Virus record (IMG/VR): IMGVR_UViG_3300028833_000068
Coordinates: 1 to 64,000 of that record
Source of the DNA: a virus
Lineage: Duplodnaviria > Caudoviricetes
Reading direction: 5' to 3' (one strand)
Length of the DNA stretch: 64,000 nt
Numbering within the stretch: the stretch's first letter is position 1; every line of letters starts with the position of its first letter. The notes below the pieces were generated by a model that had not been told where the DNA came from, did not search any database, and saw only the letters and a program-made list of their open reading frames with translations. Below, in pieces: positions 35,026 to 45,864 of this stretch. Position numbers and translations under genes: made by a program.

Positions 35026-35612
35026 TTAATACTCATCTCTATTTATTTCTCTTATTTGAATATTCACGAGGTCGTCTGGATATTCCTTCCCTTCCTCAGA
35101 ATATTCCTCTAACTTATGTTTCTTCCAATAGGCATGACTTAATCTTCTTAACACCCCTTGATTCACAAATGTTGTAAATTCATTTCTATCAGCGTATTCC
35201 ACCTCTATATCATGTTCTAACAGTAACGGTATATAAACTCTCCTACGGCACGAGAACGACTATATCCAGCCCTGCAGTGTATTTCAAATGTATCTATCCC
35301 TTTCTCAATCATATCTTCAATGAAATCAACAGTCTTTTCAGCTTGTTCCATTCGCATTGTCTTGAAGTGATGTCCATTATACATAACATCTTCTCCAATA
35401 TCATCGAAATCAAGATTCAATACGTTAGGATGGCCTTTGAAATAATGTTTTGTATTACCTTCGTCAAGATAATATTTTAAACACTCTTGAGTGCCAATAA
35501 TGGATATAAATGCCATATTGGCGTTCTCAACATTTTCATCATTCAAACCCATCTCTTCCATTTTCTCATCAAAGAGAAACTGAGATAATACTTCTATTTT
35601 AACTTCAGCCAT
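35026..35612 (-). CDS. tyrosine/dual-specificity phosphatase-like protein, frameshifted near 35219
   Basis: HCRAGYSRS P-loop; the alternative frame continues LEHDIEVEY...VNQGVLRRL... to TAA at 35026. Confidence 0.75.
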
Positions 35613-35893
35613 TTCTTTAATCTTGTTTTATACTCCCACTTTAATGAAGGGATTAAATGCGTAAATGCTTTTTTACAAGCTTCATTTAAATCCTCATCAT
35701 ATTTCCAAAATCCAAACGAACAAGGTGAATCTTTTTTCCAACTTGTTGTGTACACTTGATACACAGTATTACCATTTGGATTCAATGCCCAATACTCTGC
35801 ATTCTTTGGTCTTTCAAGCAAAGTTATTTCAACCTTGTACTTAAACACATTACTAAACGTTGTGAGTAATTTTTCATAATTAATAACCTTCAT
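35594..35893 (-). CDS. hypothetical protein
   Basis: ORF track. Confidence 0.65.
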   Translation of the reverse strand: MKVINYEKLLTTFSNVFKYKVEITLLERPKNAEYWALNPNGNTVYQVYTTSWKKDSPCSFGFWKYDEDLNEACKKAFTHLIPSLKWEYKTRLKKWLKLK

Positions 35894-36022
35894 CGTTCCA
35901 ACAATTATTATCTTTAATTCTGTTTATCATTCTATTGCTATATGTATACAAGTGTAATGATGCCAATAAAGACAATGTCAAACCACTTATAAATCCTCCC
36001 AATATATATTTATTTCTCTTTT

Positions 36023-36871
36023 TCATAACACATCTCTTAATCTATCTGTAACATCATTTAATGGTATTAACTCATATGTTCCATCGTCCTTAAGCCATAT
36101 TATTCTCCTTGCTATCACCTTTAACCCAATATCTTCCAATGGAAGCTGATAGCAACTTAACTGGGCTGTATAATATGAAAGCGGCTCTTCATAATAGTCC
36201 CCAAACGGAGGTAATAAAAACTTACCCATTTCACGACTAAAATCCTTTGTTAATTCACGATTCGTCTTGTAGTCCATAATTACCAAGCCACTTTTCGAAT
36301 CGTCATTTGGGTCTTTATAATAGAATAATATATCAAAAGTTCCGCAATAATCTTGTTTAAGGTTAGTTAGTTCCTTATTTTTTCCAGTATATACCTTAGT
36401 TTCAGCCAATACAAAGTGAAGGTTTGGATGTAATTCATCGTAGAACTTCAATATTGCCTCTTCCTTTGGTCTTGTTGGTATCAACCAATTCTTATCCTTA
36501 ATATACTTGCATTTATTCTCTTCCGTAATCAACTCTGGATGCCCATTTCTTAACCAACCTAGGGACTCTCCATATGAATGCACTAATGTGCCTTGAGTCG
36601 TTGCTTTAAGATTGGTAAACTTCCACTTATCCATCCAATACTCTGCTGTTTCACCATGTGTTTCAGCATATCTTTCAGCTTGCGTCTCAGAATCAAATGG
36701 ATATGCACAGAACTTGTGCGTTACTTCTGACACTGATGGTAATTGTTGCCCATTAAGGAAATATTTGTGACCATCTTCAATAAATGTTAAATCCTTAAAC
36801 TCGTTTAATATCTTATTCCTTATTTCAGTTACTTCTTTTGGTTCTCCTTTTACTATTAGTTTTTTAGCCAT
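36023..36871 (-). CDS. PD-(D/E)XK nuclease (Cas4-like/exonuclease)
   Basis: PSVS, GTLVH, GTFD, DYKT, QLSCY motifs. Confidence 0.85.
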   Translation of the reverse strand: MAKKLIVKGEPKEVTEIRNKILNEFKDLTFIEDGHKYFLNGQQLPSVSEVTHKFCAYPFDSETQAERYAETHGETAEYWMDKWKFTNLKATTQGTLVHSYGESLGWLRNGHPELITEENKCKYIKDKNWLIPTRPKEEAILKFYDELHPNLHFVLAETKVYTGKNKELTNLKQDYCGTFDILFYYKDPNDDSKSGLVIMDYKTNRELTKDFSREMGKFLLPPFGDYYEEPLSYYTAQLSCYQLPLEDIGLKVIARRIIWLKDDGTYELIPLNDVTDRLRDVL

Positions 36872-36970
36872 TTTCTACACTTTTTGCAAAGATATATAAA
36901 AAAAAATAAAAAAACAAATAAATCAATAAAAAAATGCAGCCATTGCTGACTGCATTCTTTATTTAGAATT

Positions 36971-39900
36971 TTAACTTGTCTTAGTTATGGTAATGTCATC
37001 ACAATCGCAAGGTGGTATATCCTTACCATTTTGTTTCAACTCTATTGGTTTTGTACAAGATGTGCCACTTGCTTTATAACTGATAGTTGTAGATTCAGTA
37101 ATCGCACTAGTTCCAGTATTTTCAGCTATTGGCCATACTTGAATCTTATTTCCACTAGGAGTAGATGCTGAGAACTTAGAACCACTACCTCCAACATTTA
37201 CTACAATATCACTAATACATACGCCACTTCCAGAAATAGTAATTTCTTGTGCGCCACTAGTAGTTTGTGCTGAACTTGCAAACGTTAATGCTGTTGGAGT
37301 AAATGAAACATCTTCACACTTGCATACTACCTTTTCTTGTGTTAACTTAATTGATATTGGCGTGCAAGCTGTTGATGAATTCTTATAATTAACATTTACA
37401 GTTTCAACAATATCAGTTGTGGCTGTTGTATTAGCACTCTTTGGACAAATTTTAATTGTATTTCCAATAACACTTCCAGAGAACTTAGAATCTGATGGAA
37501 GGTCTAACGTTACACTGTTTATACAAGTTCCACTATTATTTATCGTAATTGAACTTACTACTGAACTTGTTGCTGAACTTGCAAACGTTAATGCTGTTGG
37601 AGTTATTCCAAAGTTACTACATTCACATCCAGTACCATTTTGTGTAAGTGATATTGTTTTACTAGCACAACCACTACCATTAGCGCTATATGATACGGTT
37701 GCTGTTGCAGTTATTGCACTAGTCCCTTCATTTTTACTAACTGGATATATTGTAATAGCACTATTTGCAATTGAAGCTGTAAATGCAGTTGAACTTACTG
37801 AAACTTGAACATTACTTATACAAGCACCACTTGTGGTAATTGTTGATGAACTTGCAGCACTACTGCCACTAGCATCTGATGCAAATACCATTGAAGTTGT
37901 ACTAATTGCGAAGTTGGTACAATCACAAGCTGTTCCATTCTGTGTGATTGCTATGGTCTTAGCGGTACAACCACTTGTTCCAGCTTTATAGCTCACTGTT
38001 ACTGTGGCAGTTATTGCACTAGTTCCAGTGTTAGCACTATTTGGATAGACCTCAACATTGCTACCATTTAATATTGCTGTAAATGCAGTTGAACTTGCTG
38101 AAACAAAAATTCCACTTATACAAACACCACTTCTTATTGCTGCTGTTTGTTTCTTAGTTGACCCACTATCAGTATTAGCAAACGTCATTGAGGTTGTACT
38201 TAAACTAAAGTCTCCACAACCGCATCCTACTGGCTCTTGTGTTAAACTAATATCTACTTTAGTACAAGCACTTCCATCTGCCTTATATGTTATTGAAGCA
38301 GTACCAGTCACAGCAGACGCTCCAGTATTAGTTGTCTTAGGGAAGATTGAAACTATATTTCCAGTTACGGTAGCACTAAATGCCGTTGTAGTGGTTGCTG
38401 AAATATCACTTATACAACTTGCAGTAGATACTATTACATTTTGTGCTCTAGTACTTCCGCTATCGCTTGATGCAAAAGTTAAAGGTGTTTGTGGTACACT
38501 AGCTGAATTACAATCACAAGTTACTATTTTTTTTTTATGAGTCACATCAATGAATTGATTACAATCCTTTTCACGACTCTTATAGTTAACTTTAACTCGT
38601 CCAATAATATCATCTGATGTTGTATTTGCTGAAACTGGGTTGACACTTATAAGTTTAGTTCCAGTGTTTACACTTGCTACAAAATGTGAATTGTTACTAG
38701 ATACAGTAATTCCAGAAATACAATCATCTATTGTATAACCTACAGTTTGTACACTAGTTCCACTAGTATCCCAAGTCAATTGGTCATTATCTAACGCCAT
38801 TGAAGTACAATCACAATCCTTTCCTTCATGTTTAACAGTAAATGTCTTTGTACAACTTGTAGTACTAGTTTCATAGGAAACTGTGACCGTTGCAGTTATT
38901 TCTGTTAATGCGGTATTTGAACTCGTTGGTTGTACATAAATCATCTTATTGTCTTGATTGACAATAGTCATAAAATGAGTATTTGGGTTAACGCTTGAAT
39001 GCACATTCTTGATACAAGATTCAGCACTGTATCTCATATATTTCTCTTCTGTGCTAGCACCAGCCCAACTTATAGAGCTACCTTCTAAGAATAATGAATC
39101 ACAAGTACAAACCTTGGCTAACTGAACAACTGCAAATGTTGACATACAAGATGTTGAGTCTGCCATATAAGATACTGTAATTGTGCCTGTTTGGTTTGTA
39201 GTTCCAGTATTTTCACCGTTTGGGGTTACTGTCACTCTATTATTGCTTGCGTCTAACACTACTAAGAAGTGTGTGTTGTTGACAGAAACACTTATATTAC
39301 TTATACAAGTATTTGCAGTATATGTAACACTTTTAGCAGTTATCTCGTTACTATTGAAAGAAAGTTGGCTAGCACCTAAAGTAAATAGGGAACAAGTACA
39401 AGAACTACAAGTACACGTCTGGTCTATTTCCTTATTAGCTGTAACACCACTAGCTTGAGGAAACCAATGTCTATGGTATTGTCCCCCACTCACATATGTT
39501 GCATCAGTACAATCTGCTTTTGCAACAGCCTCACTCCAAGGAGTACTTGCAGTTTCAGTTCTATTGAAAACGGTTCTAGTAGTTCCACTAACATCTCCAC
39601 AAGTATCTCTAAACTGTTGGATGTCATAAATATTGATACTTTGTTTTAGAGTACCAACTGCTGTTCCACCATCGCACCCAAATTCATACACTGTTAATGT
39701 AAAGTCACTATATGTTGGAGTTTGCGAACTTGTACCAATGTTTTCCCAAGCGCCTCCAAGACTATTTTGTGTTAACGTTATTGTGTTACTAGAATTAGTT
39801 GTTCCTCTAAAAGTGTTGGTTGCAACAACATTAGTGCTTCTGTTGGAAGTAGTGTTGTTCTTATTAATAGTAAATGTTGGATAAGCTATTGTACCTATTG

Positions 39901-40371
39901 ATGGGTTTTGACTCCATGCAACGGAAGAAATTGCATCTGTGGCAGCAGTGTTTGTTGTTGTACTACTTTCACAATTACTACCAGTTAGTTTTTTCTCATA
40001 TCTTGTATATGTCAATGTATAGTTTAGAGTAACAGCAGTTTCACATGCAGATATATTAGTAGTTTGGTTTGCTCCAATTGTTAAACTACTATATCTTGTA
40101 TATCTTCATATAAGTCTTGTTGCCTTACATTCTGATTATTAGTATACGTACCATTAACAAAGATGCCATCAGTATCCAAGTTTGGGGACGTATTCTGAGA
40201 AGAAACTTGAATATAAGTTCCTCCAGTCAATTCAGAATAAGTTGGACAATAAGTTGCTGATTTACCACCGTAATTGACAGAAAGAATAGTTCCATTAGCA
40301 CTAGATTGAATCAATCCGTTAATGAAACTATCAAGATAACCAAGAGTTATTATTCTCTGACATTCAGTCAT
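36971..40371 (-). CDS. large Ig/BACON-like repeat virion protein, split by a frameshift near 40105
   Basis: About 8 repeats of roughly 98 aa (CxC...LTF.S...C...VYP..N......TVSY...C); 40081-40371 joins 36971-40015 if one base is added. Confidence 0.75.
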
Positions 40372-40504
40372 AATTACTATTATTTTATAATATATATTAT
40401 TTAATATTTTTAATTATATATAAATATTTAATTTATTAATATTATTTTATAATATATTTGTTTTTTAATATTTTTTTATATATCTTTGCAAAAAATAATA
40501 AATT

Positions 40505-41332
40505 ATGGTAAAATTAATTATACAATGTGCTGACATCCACATACGTCAATTTCAACGCCTAGAGGAATATGGTGAAATTTTAGAGAACTTTATTGAAAAA
40601 TGTAAAAAAACTGTAGAAGGCTACAAAAAAGAAGAAGTTCGTATTGTAATTTGCGGAGATTTATTTAATAACAAGAACAACATTTCAAATGAGTTAATTG
40701 TATTTGCTAGTTTTTTCTTAAGACAACTTGAAGAGATTGCAAAGGTTATCGTAATAGCTGGTAATCACGACCTAATTGTTGAAAATCAAACACGTACAGA
40801 CACTCTAACCGCATTATTTGATACAGCCAACTTTAGTAATTGCATATTCCTAGATTCGGAACTTGATTATAAGAGTGGTTGTGCCATAGACAATAACGTG
40901 GTATGGTGTTTATATTCAATATATGAGGAATTCTTACGTCCAACTACTATTGAAGAAATAAAGGAATCTCATCCAAATTCAAGGTTTATTGGTTTATTTC
41001 ATGGTCAAGTAATTGGTTCTACATTGAACAATGGTTATGTGTCAGATAGTGGTTTAGATGGTGATGCCTTTGAGGGATGTGATTGTGTGATGGCTGGACA
41101 TCTTCATAAACGTCAAGTGTTGAAGAGGGGAGATGCTGAAATTGTATATCCAGGTTCTTTAATTCAACAAACGTATGGAGAGACAGTATCTCAACACGGT
41201 TTTGCCGTATGGGATGTTGAAACAATGAAATATGAATTTATAGATATTGATAGTGATTATGGGTTATATGATATTGAGATAGATAATATCAATGATATTG
41301 AGGAAGATAAAGAAAAGCTGATTAATTTCTAA
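40505..41332 (+). CDS. metallophosphoesterase, SbcD/Mre11/T4 gp47-like nuclease
   Basis: ADIH, GDLF, GNHD, FHG, GHLH, YPGSL motifs. Confidence 0.9.
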   Translation: MVKLIIQCADIHIRQFQRLEEYGEILENFIEKCKKTVEGYKKEEVRIVICGDLFNNKNNISNELIVFASFFLRQLEEIAKVIVIAGNHDLIVENQTRTDTLTALFDTANFSNCIFLDSELDYKSGCAIDNNVVWCLYSIYEEFLRPTTIEEIKESHPNSRFIGLFHGQVIGSTLNNGYVSDSGLDGDAFEGCDCVMAGHLHKRQVLKRGDAEIVYPGSLIQQTYGETVSQHGFAVWDVETMKYEFIDIDSDYGLYDIEIDNINDIEEDKEKLINF

Positions 41333-41345
41333 TCAGCTTTTTCTT

Positions 41346-44300
41346 TTATTTTGACGTATATTGAATCTGTAAAATTGTTGACGATGGAATCATTTGGGTT
41401 AAATAATTCATAACGATGTCATCAATATATTTTATTTCCTCTAAACCTTCTCTAGTATACCATTTATTATGCAATTTGAAATCTATTAAGAATCTCTTGT
41501 TATTAAGAATTTGATTGGTGACTTCATCTACAGTTCCACTAAGAGTTTGACCACTATATGGATTGTATGATTCTAACCACCCAGTAGAATCAGAAAGAAT
41601 ATAATTATTGATATTTGATGTTTCTCCGCTATAGATATAGTTAAAGCCAGAAGTTATACGTTCTGAATCTTCTCCATATATCCATATTTTATCTATAGTT
41701 GTAGCTGAATCACCATTCTTTTTGGCTTTATAGTTTCCAAAGAAATGGATTTTAGAATCTTCATTTAAGAACTTATCATATTGAACAATTGTTTCGCTTG
41801 ATTCAATTAATCCACTGAAACCATATAGATTAATTTCCTCGTCCAAATATGTATAGAAATCCTTATCATAACATCTAGTGTCAAATAGTTCATTATCAGC
41901 AGCATACTTGAAGATTCTATTGAAATATGTGAAGTATTCATGACCATTATCATATACCATATTTCCGTTATGAGGATTATTACCTTCATAATAGTTAATA
42001 ATGGTATTTATCTTTATGTATTCTTCATCATCCTCTGTTAATCTTCTCCAACCACTAGTATAGCCACTAATTTCGCTACTATATACCGATATTTCACTTG
42101 CATAGTTAATATCATCTAATACAAAATAGTTGGTATATGGTTTATCTTCTCTATCCCAATCTTTAAACAAGAAGAAACTAGATATTGAATAGTTGCCATC
42201 TTCATCTTGCTGACAAATAAATTTTTTATCAGCATCCCAGCCATCCCAATCATTTATATATGCCTTTAATTCATAACCATCAGATTTCTCTTCAATATCA
42301 TACATTGTTGGGTTTCCATCCTTATCATATACGATTATATCAGTATCAAAGAAATTATTATCACCTACTCTTATGAACCCATCACTTTTAATTAAGGACA
42401 CATATTTGTTTTCTCCACTACCATTCCATTCCTTCTTGACTGGATATACTACACCTCCAATCATAGCAGCATCTTTATCAATTCTTGTTACATAGCATAT
42501 AACACCGTTATGTAGATTTGATGTAGGAATTGATAATAAACCATTAATATCATCAACTCTTCTTATATTTCTGACACTTTCCTTATATAATGTTTCACCA
42601 CTAGGATAAACTGAATAAACTATATTATCATCAACATCAAATTGGAAGTTATATTTATTAACATCAGAAGATATTATCTTTGATAACCACCCACCATCCA
42701 TTTGATAATATGGATTACCATCCAATTGTTCATTAGAGTTGAAACTAGGATATAAATACCTCTTTAAAATTTTAGAACCATCCCTTCTAGTATATCCACT
42801 TAAATAAGCATCATTTCCTTTGCTTAAATATTCATCTCTATATGCTACAGGAATTCCTTGATACTGTATTCTTCCATTATCAAGTCCATACCTATTATAG
42901 TTAGATATAAATCTATTGTCATATGAAGTAGTCTTTGTTGAGTTAATCCAATTAATTCTATAGTCTTGATGAACAGCATCCCAAGTCTCCTCTATTCTAT
43001 GAGTAAATGAAGTATATTCTGTAACACTAAAGTCTGGTTCATAAGTGGCTTCACAAGAATGTTTTTTAACCTCATTAGTCCACCTTTCACTCTTAAGACC
43101 AAACATTCCAAGAATCATCTCTATTCCATCGATAGTTCCCTTTGTTCTCCAAATATAAGGAGAATTGATTTTAAGCCTTCTCAAAAATTCATTATTTGAC
43201 CTTTGGAAAGTCCAATTACTCTCATCTGTATATGATTTAATCCTATTTGTTCCCGATAAAATGACTTCATCTTCTTTGGCAACTCGATACACAAATTTTC
43301 CTGCGTCTACACCACATGGCTGCACATATGTTGCGCCACTTCCCATTTGTTCTCCATCAATATACAAATATTCACAAGTACCACCACTACAGTATCTTGA
43401 ATCATAACACATAATGAAATATCCATTCTTCAAATCACCCAATGATTCCTTAGTGTATGGATTTAATGTGGTTTTGGCATTTTGTGAAAACTTTCTTACT
43501 ATCTTATTACCTTCAAAATAGTTTATTAACTGACTTTCTTCACTATAATCACTTACCATCCCAGATATTGTTTCCTCAGTAAGGGAATAAGGATAAATAA
43601 GTTTAACATCCCACCCACTATCTCTAACAGCGTCTGTTAGGAAATAATCTGGCAAGTTACTTCTCTCATCATATGTTACTCTATTGATGTATCTGATATT
43701 GTTAATATATGATAAGGCTTCATCAAATTCCCTACCAAATATCCTTAATGCCTTTTGGATTCTTTGACCACCGAATACATATTCCTCTTCATCACCTTCA
43801 TTATATTCACGAGTATATGTCCAATCAAAGTTCTTGATTGCTTCATGTGTCATTGAACGCCATAAGTTATCAGTGAATCGTTCATCATAGAACTCACCAA
43901 TTTCAACCATCTTCTGCGTATAATCATTGAAACCATAATCTGATGCATCAATGTTATACCCACCTTCTCCAATTGGGAATTGGAATGGAACTAACTCTCT
44001 ATAATAACCATAGTCATTCTCACGTATAACAGAAAAAACTGCCTTATAATGAGTGTCCTCATTCATTAAGAGCTTTTGGAAATTATCACACTCATTATAG
44101 AACTTATCCAAGAATTGCAATTCCCTCTTTGGACGAATATGATACCCAGATTTATTTGACAAATAGATAATTTCGTTATTATCTCCAACCCAAACATCTA
44201 TTGTTATAATTTCATCATTTAACTTTACCCTTGCTATTCTTTTCCCTGGACATATTTTTGAACTGAGTGGTGTTACAACCCAAGAACTTATACCACTAGA

Positions 44301-44936
44301 TTGTTCACTATTACTAATTTCATAGTTTTTATACCCTTCATTTGCAAAATACTTCAGTGGGTCAACATCGTTAGGTAATACTTTACTATATATGTTTATA
44401 CCAAATGGGTTATGAACATAATTAGTAACATTAGCTTCACCTAATTGTTTTCTCTCTTCAATTCTTTCAAAATCAACAGTTATTGCTGAAGTATAATAAG
44501 CATTGGTTTGAGAAGAAGAAATATATAATTCTCCTGGAAAACGCTTCAATATATCAGTTACAGAAGCCCTAAACAACTCAGTCAAAGAACCATAATAAGC
44601 AAAGTCATTAAGGTCATAATAGTCTTGCTTTAAAACAATCTTGGTGTCATTTTCATCATCATTAGATGCTGACATTCCACTAATCGTTTCTAGTGTCCAT
44701 ATAGTTCCACTCTCATTCTCTTGCCACTTTTCACTATTGTGCTGATTAGATGGCTTACCATCATTCCTTACTGTTATAATGAAATTATTGGAACGATAAG
44801 TTGGAGTATGCCCAGGAGCAAACTGGTCAACACCACCAATCGTTGTGATGTCTCTCTCAAATATCGTTCCATCTTTAATGTCTTGATGCTTCTGTTGCAA
44901 GACATAATTGCTATGTGACTTAATATAATTCGCCAT
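41346..44936 (-). CDS. putative virion (tail/baseplate) protein
   Basis: 1196 aa; IWRTKGTIDGIEMIL motif and IPSSTIL C-terminus; structural module context. Confidence 0.6.
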   Translation of the reverse strand: MANYIKSHSNYVLQQKHQDIKDGTIFERDITTIGGVDQFAPGHTPTYRSNNFIITVRNDGKPSNQHNSEKWQENESGTIWTLETISGMSASNDDENDTKIVLKQDYYDLNDFAYYGSLTELFRASVTDILKRFPGELYISSSQTNAYYTSAITVDFERIEERKQLGEANVTNYVHNPFGINIYSKVLPNDVDPLKYFANEGYKNYEISNSEQSSGISSWVVTPLSSKICPGKRIARVKLNDEIITIDVWVGDNNEIIYLSNKSGYHIRPKRELQFLDKFYNECDNFQKLLMNEDTHYKAVFSVIRENDYGYYRELVPFQFPIGEGGYNIDASDYGFNDYTQKMVEIGEFYDERFTDNLWRSMTHEAIKNFDWTYTREYNEGDEEEYVFGGQRIQKALRIFGREFDEALSYINNIRYINRVTYDERSNLPDYFLTDAVRDSGWDVKLIYPYSLTEETISGMVSDYSEESQLINYFEGNKIVRKFSQNAKTTLNPYTKESLGDLKNGYFIMCYDSRYCSGGTCEYLYIDGEQMGSGATYVQPCGVDAGKFVYRVAKEDEVILSGTNRIKSYTDESNWTFQRSNNEFLRRLKINSPYIWRTKGTIDGIEMILGMFGLKSERWTNEVKKHSCEATYEPDFSVTEYTSFTHRIEETWDAVHQDYRINWINSTKTTSYDNRFISNYNRYGLDNGRIQYQGIPVAYRDEYLSKGNDAYLSGYTRRDGSKILKRYLYPSFNSNEQLDGNPYYQMDGGWLSKIISSDVNKYNFQFDVDDNIVYSVYPSGETLYKESVRNIRRVDDINGLLSIPTSNLHNGVICYVTRIDKDAAMIGGVVYPVKKEWNGSGENKYVSLIKSDGFIRVGDNNFFDTDIIVYDKDGNPTMYDIEEKSDGYELKAYINDWDGWDADKKFICQQDEDGNYSISSFFLFKDWDREDKPYTNYFVLDDINYASEISVYSSEISGYTSGWRRLTEDDEEYIKINTIINYYEGNNPHNGNMVYDNGHEYFTYFNRIFKYAADNELFDTRCYDKDFYTYLDEEINLYGFSGLIESSETIVQYDKFLNEDSKIHFFGNYKAKKNGDSATTIDKIWIYGEDSERITSGFNYIYSGETSNINNYILSDSTGWLESYNPYSGQTLSGTVDEVTNQILNNKRFLIDFKLHNKWYTREGLEEIKYIDDIVMNYLTQMIPSSTILQIQYTSK

Positions 44937-45853
44937 TATTTATTGTCAATTGTTTGTGAGAAATCTATGTTATTACCCTTGTTACGCTTAACCTCAAAGA
45001 CAGGCTTTCCCGTATACTGGTCTTTCAGAGTGTAATGTTCACTTTGACTATATATCTCATCGTTTTCATTATACGTTGTAACCAAGCCATTATCAAGGTC
45101 TCTAAGCTGGCTGTTTTCTAACATATAACTGATTGTGTCAGCATCATGAGTGGTTAATTCTATATCGAGTTGAATCGGTTCGAATAGTGTATTTACAAGC
45201 AATATACGTTGTGTTGGTTTTCCAATATACGGCAGCGAATTACTCTTAAATGTTGGAGCTGATGAAGGTGAAACAGTTATAAATGTCAAGCTAGAGCTAT
45301 CCTCATAGCGATATGTATATGATTTATCACTAGAAGATGATGGTGAACTAATTACGGGTTCGCACTTATTCGATGAGGTTATTATTCTATAATAGTCTTG
45401 TCTATTACCGCTTTCATCGAGATAAATGATTCTATAGCCTACTAGTTCATTATTTTTTCTTGCTTTTGTTCGTGTATAGGCGTTATCTATTTGTTCTGTA
45501 TCTATCACTAGTCCTTTCACTTCTGGGAATGCTGTTAGATTACCAACATCGGTGATTACTGCTTTTATTTCTCTAGGTTTTATAAAAACGGTATAGAATC
45601 CTTTTTTATTGAATTCACTAAGTGGCAGTTGAAGGTTATACATACCCTCAACGTAATTATCTACGTAATCTTCATTACTATCTCTTTTTGCTACGGTTAG
45701 TATTGAACTATCCAATTTTTTAAAAGAGGTTCTATTTAATGAATCAAAGCTTCTATTTTCGTGATAGCAGAAAGATATATCGACCAAATCTGCAATATCT
45801 CCATCCTTAATATATACTGGGATATTTAACCCATAAGACCCAATACTTCCCAT
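44936..45853 (-). CDS. putative virion structural protein
   Basis: Context; 305-aa ORF. Confidence 0.6.
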   Translation of the reverse strand: MGSIGSYGLNIPVYIKDGDIADLVDISFCYHENRSFDSLNRTSFKKLDSSILTVAKRDSNEDYVDNYVEGMYNLQLPLSEFNKKGFYTVFIKPREIKAVITDVGNLTAFPEVKGLVIDTEQIDNAYTRTKARKNNELVGYRIIYLDESGNRQDYYRIITSSNKCEPVISSPSSSSDKSYTYRYEDSSSLTFITVSPSSAPTFKSNSLPYIGKPTQRILLVNTLFEPIQLDIELTTHDADTISYMLENSQLRDLDNGLVTTYNENDEIYSQSEHYTLKDQYTGKPVFEVKRNKGNNIDFSQTIDNK

Positions 45854-45864
45854 ATTGTTGTTTT

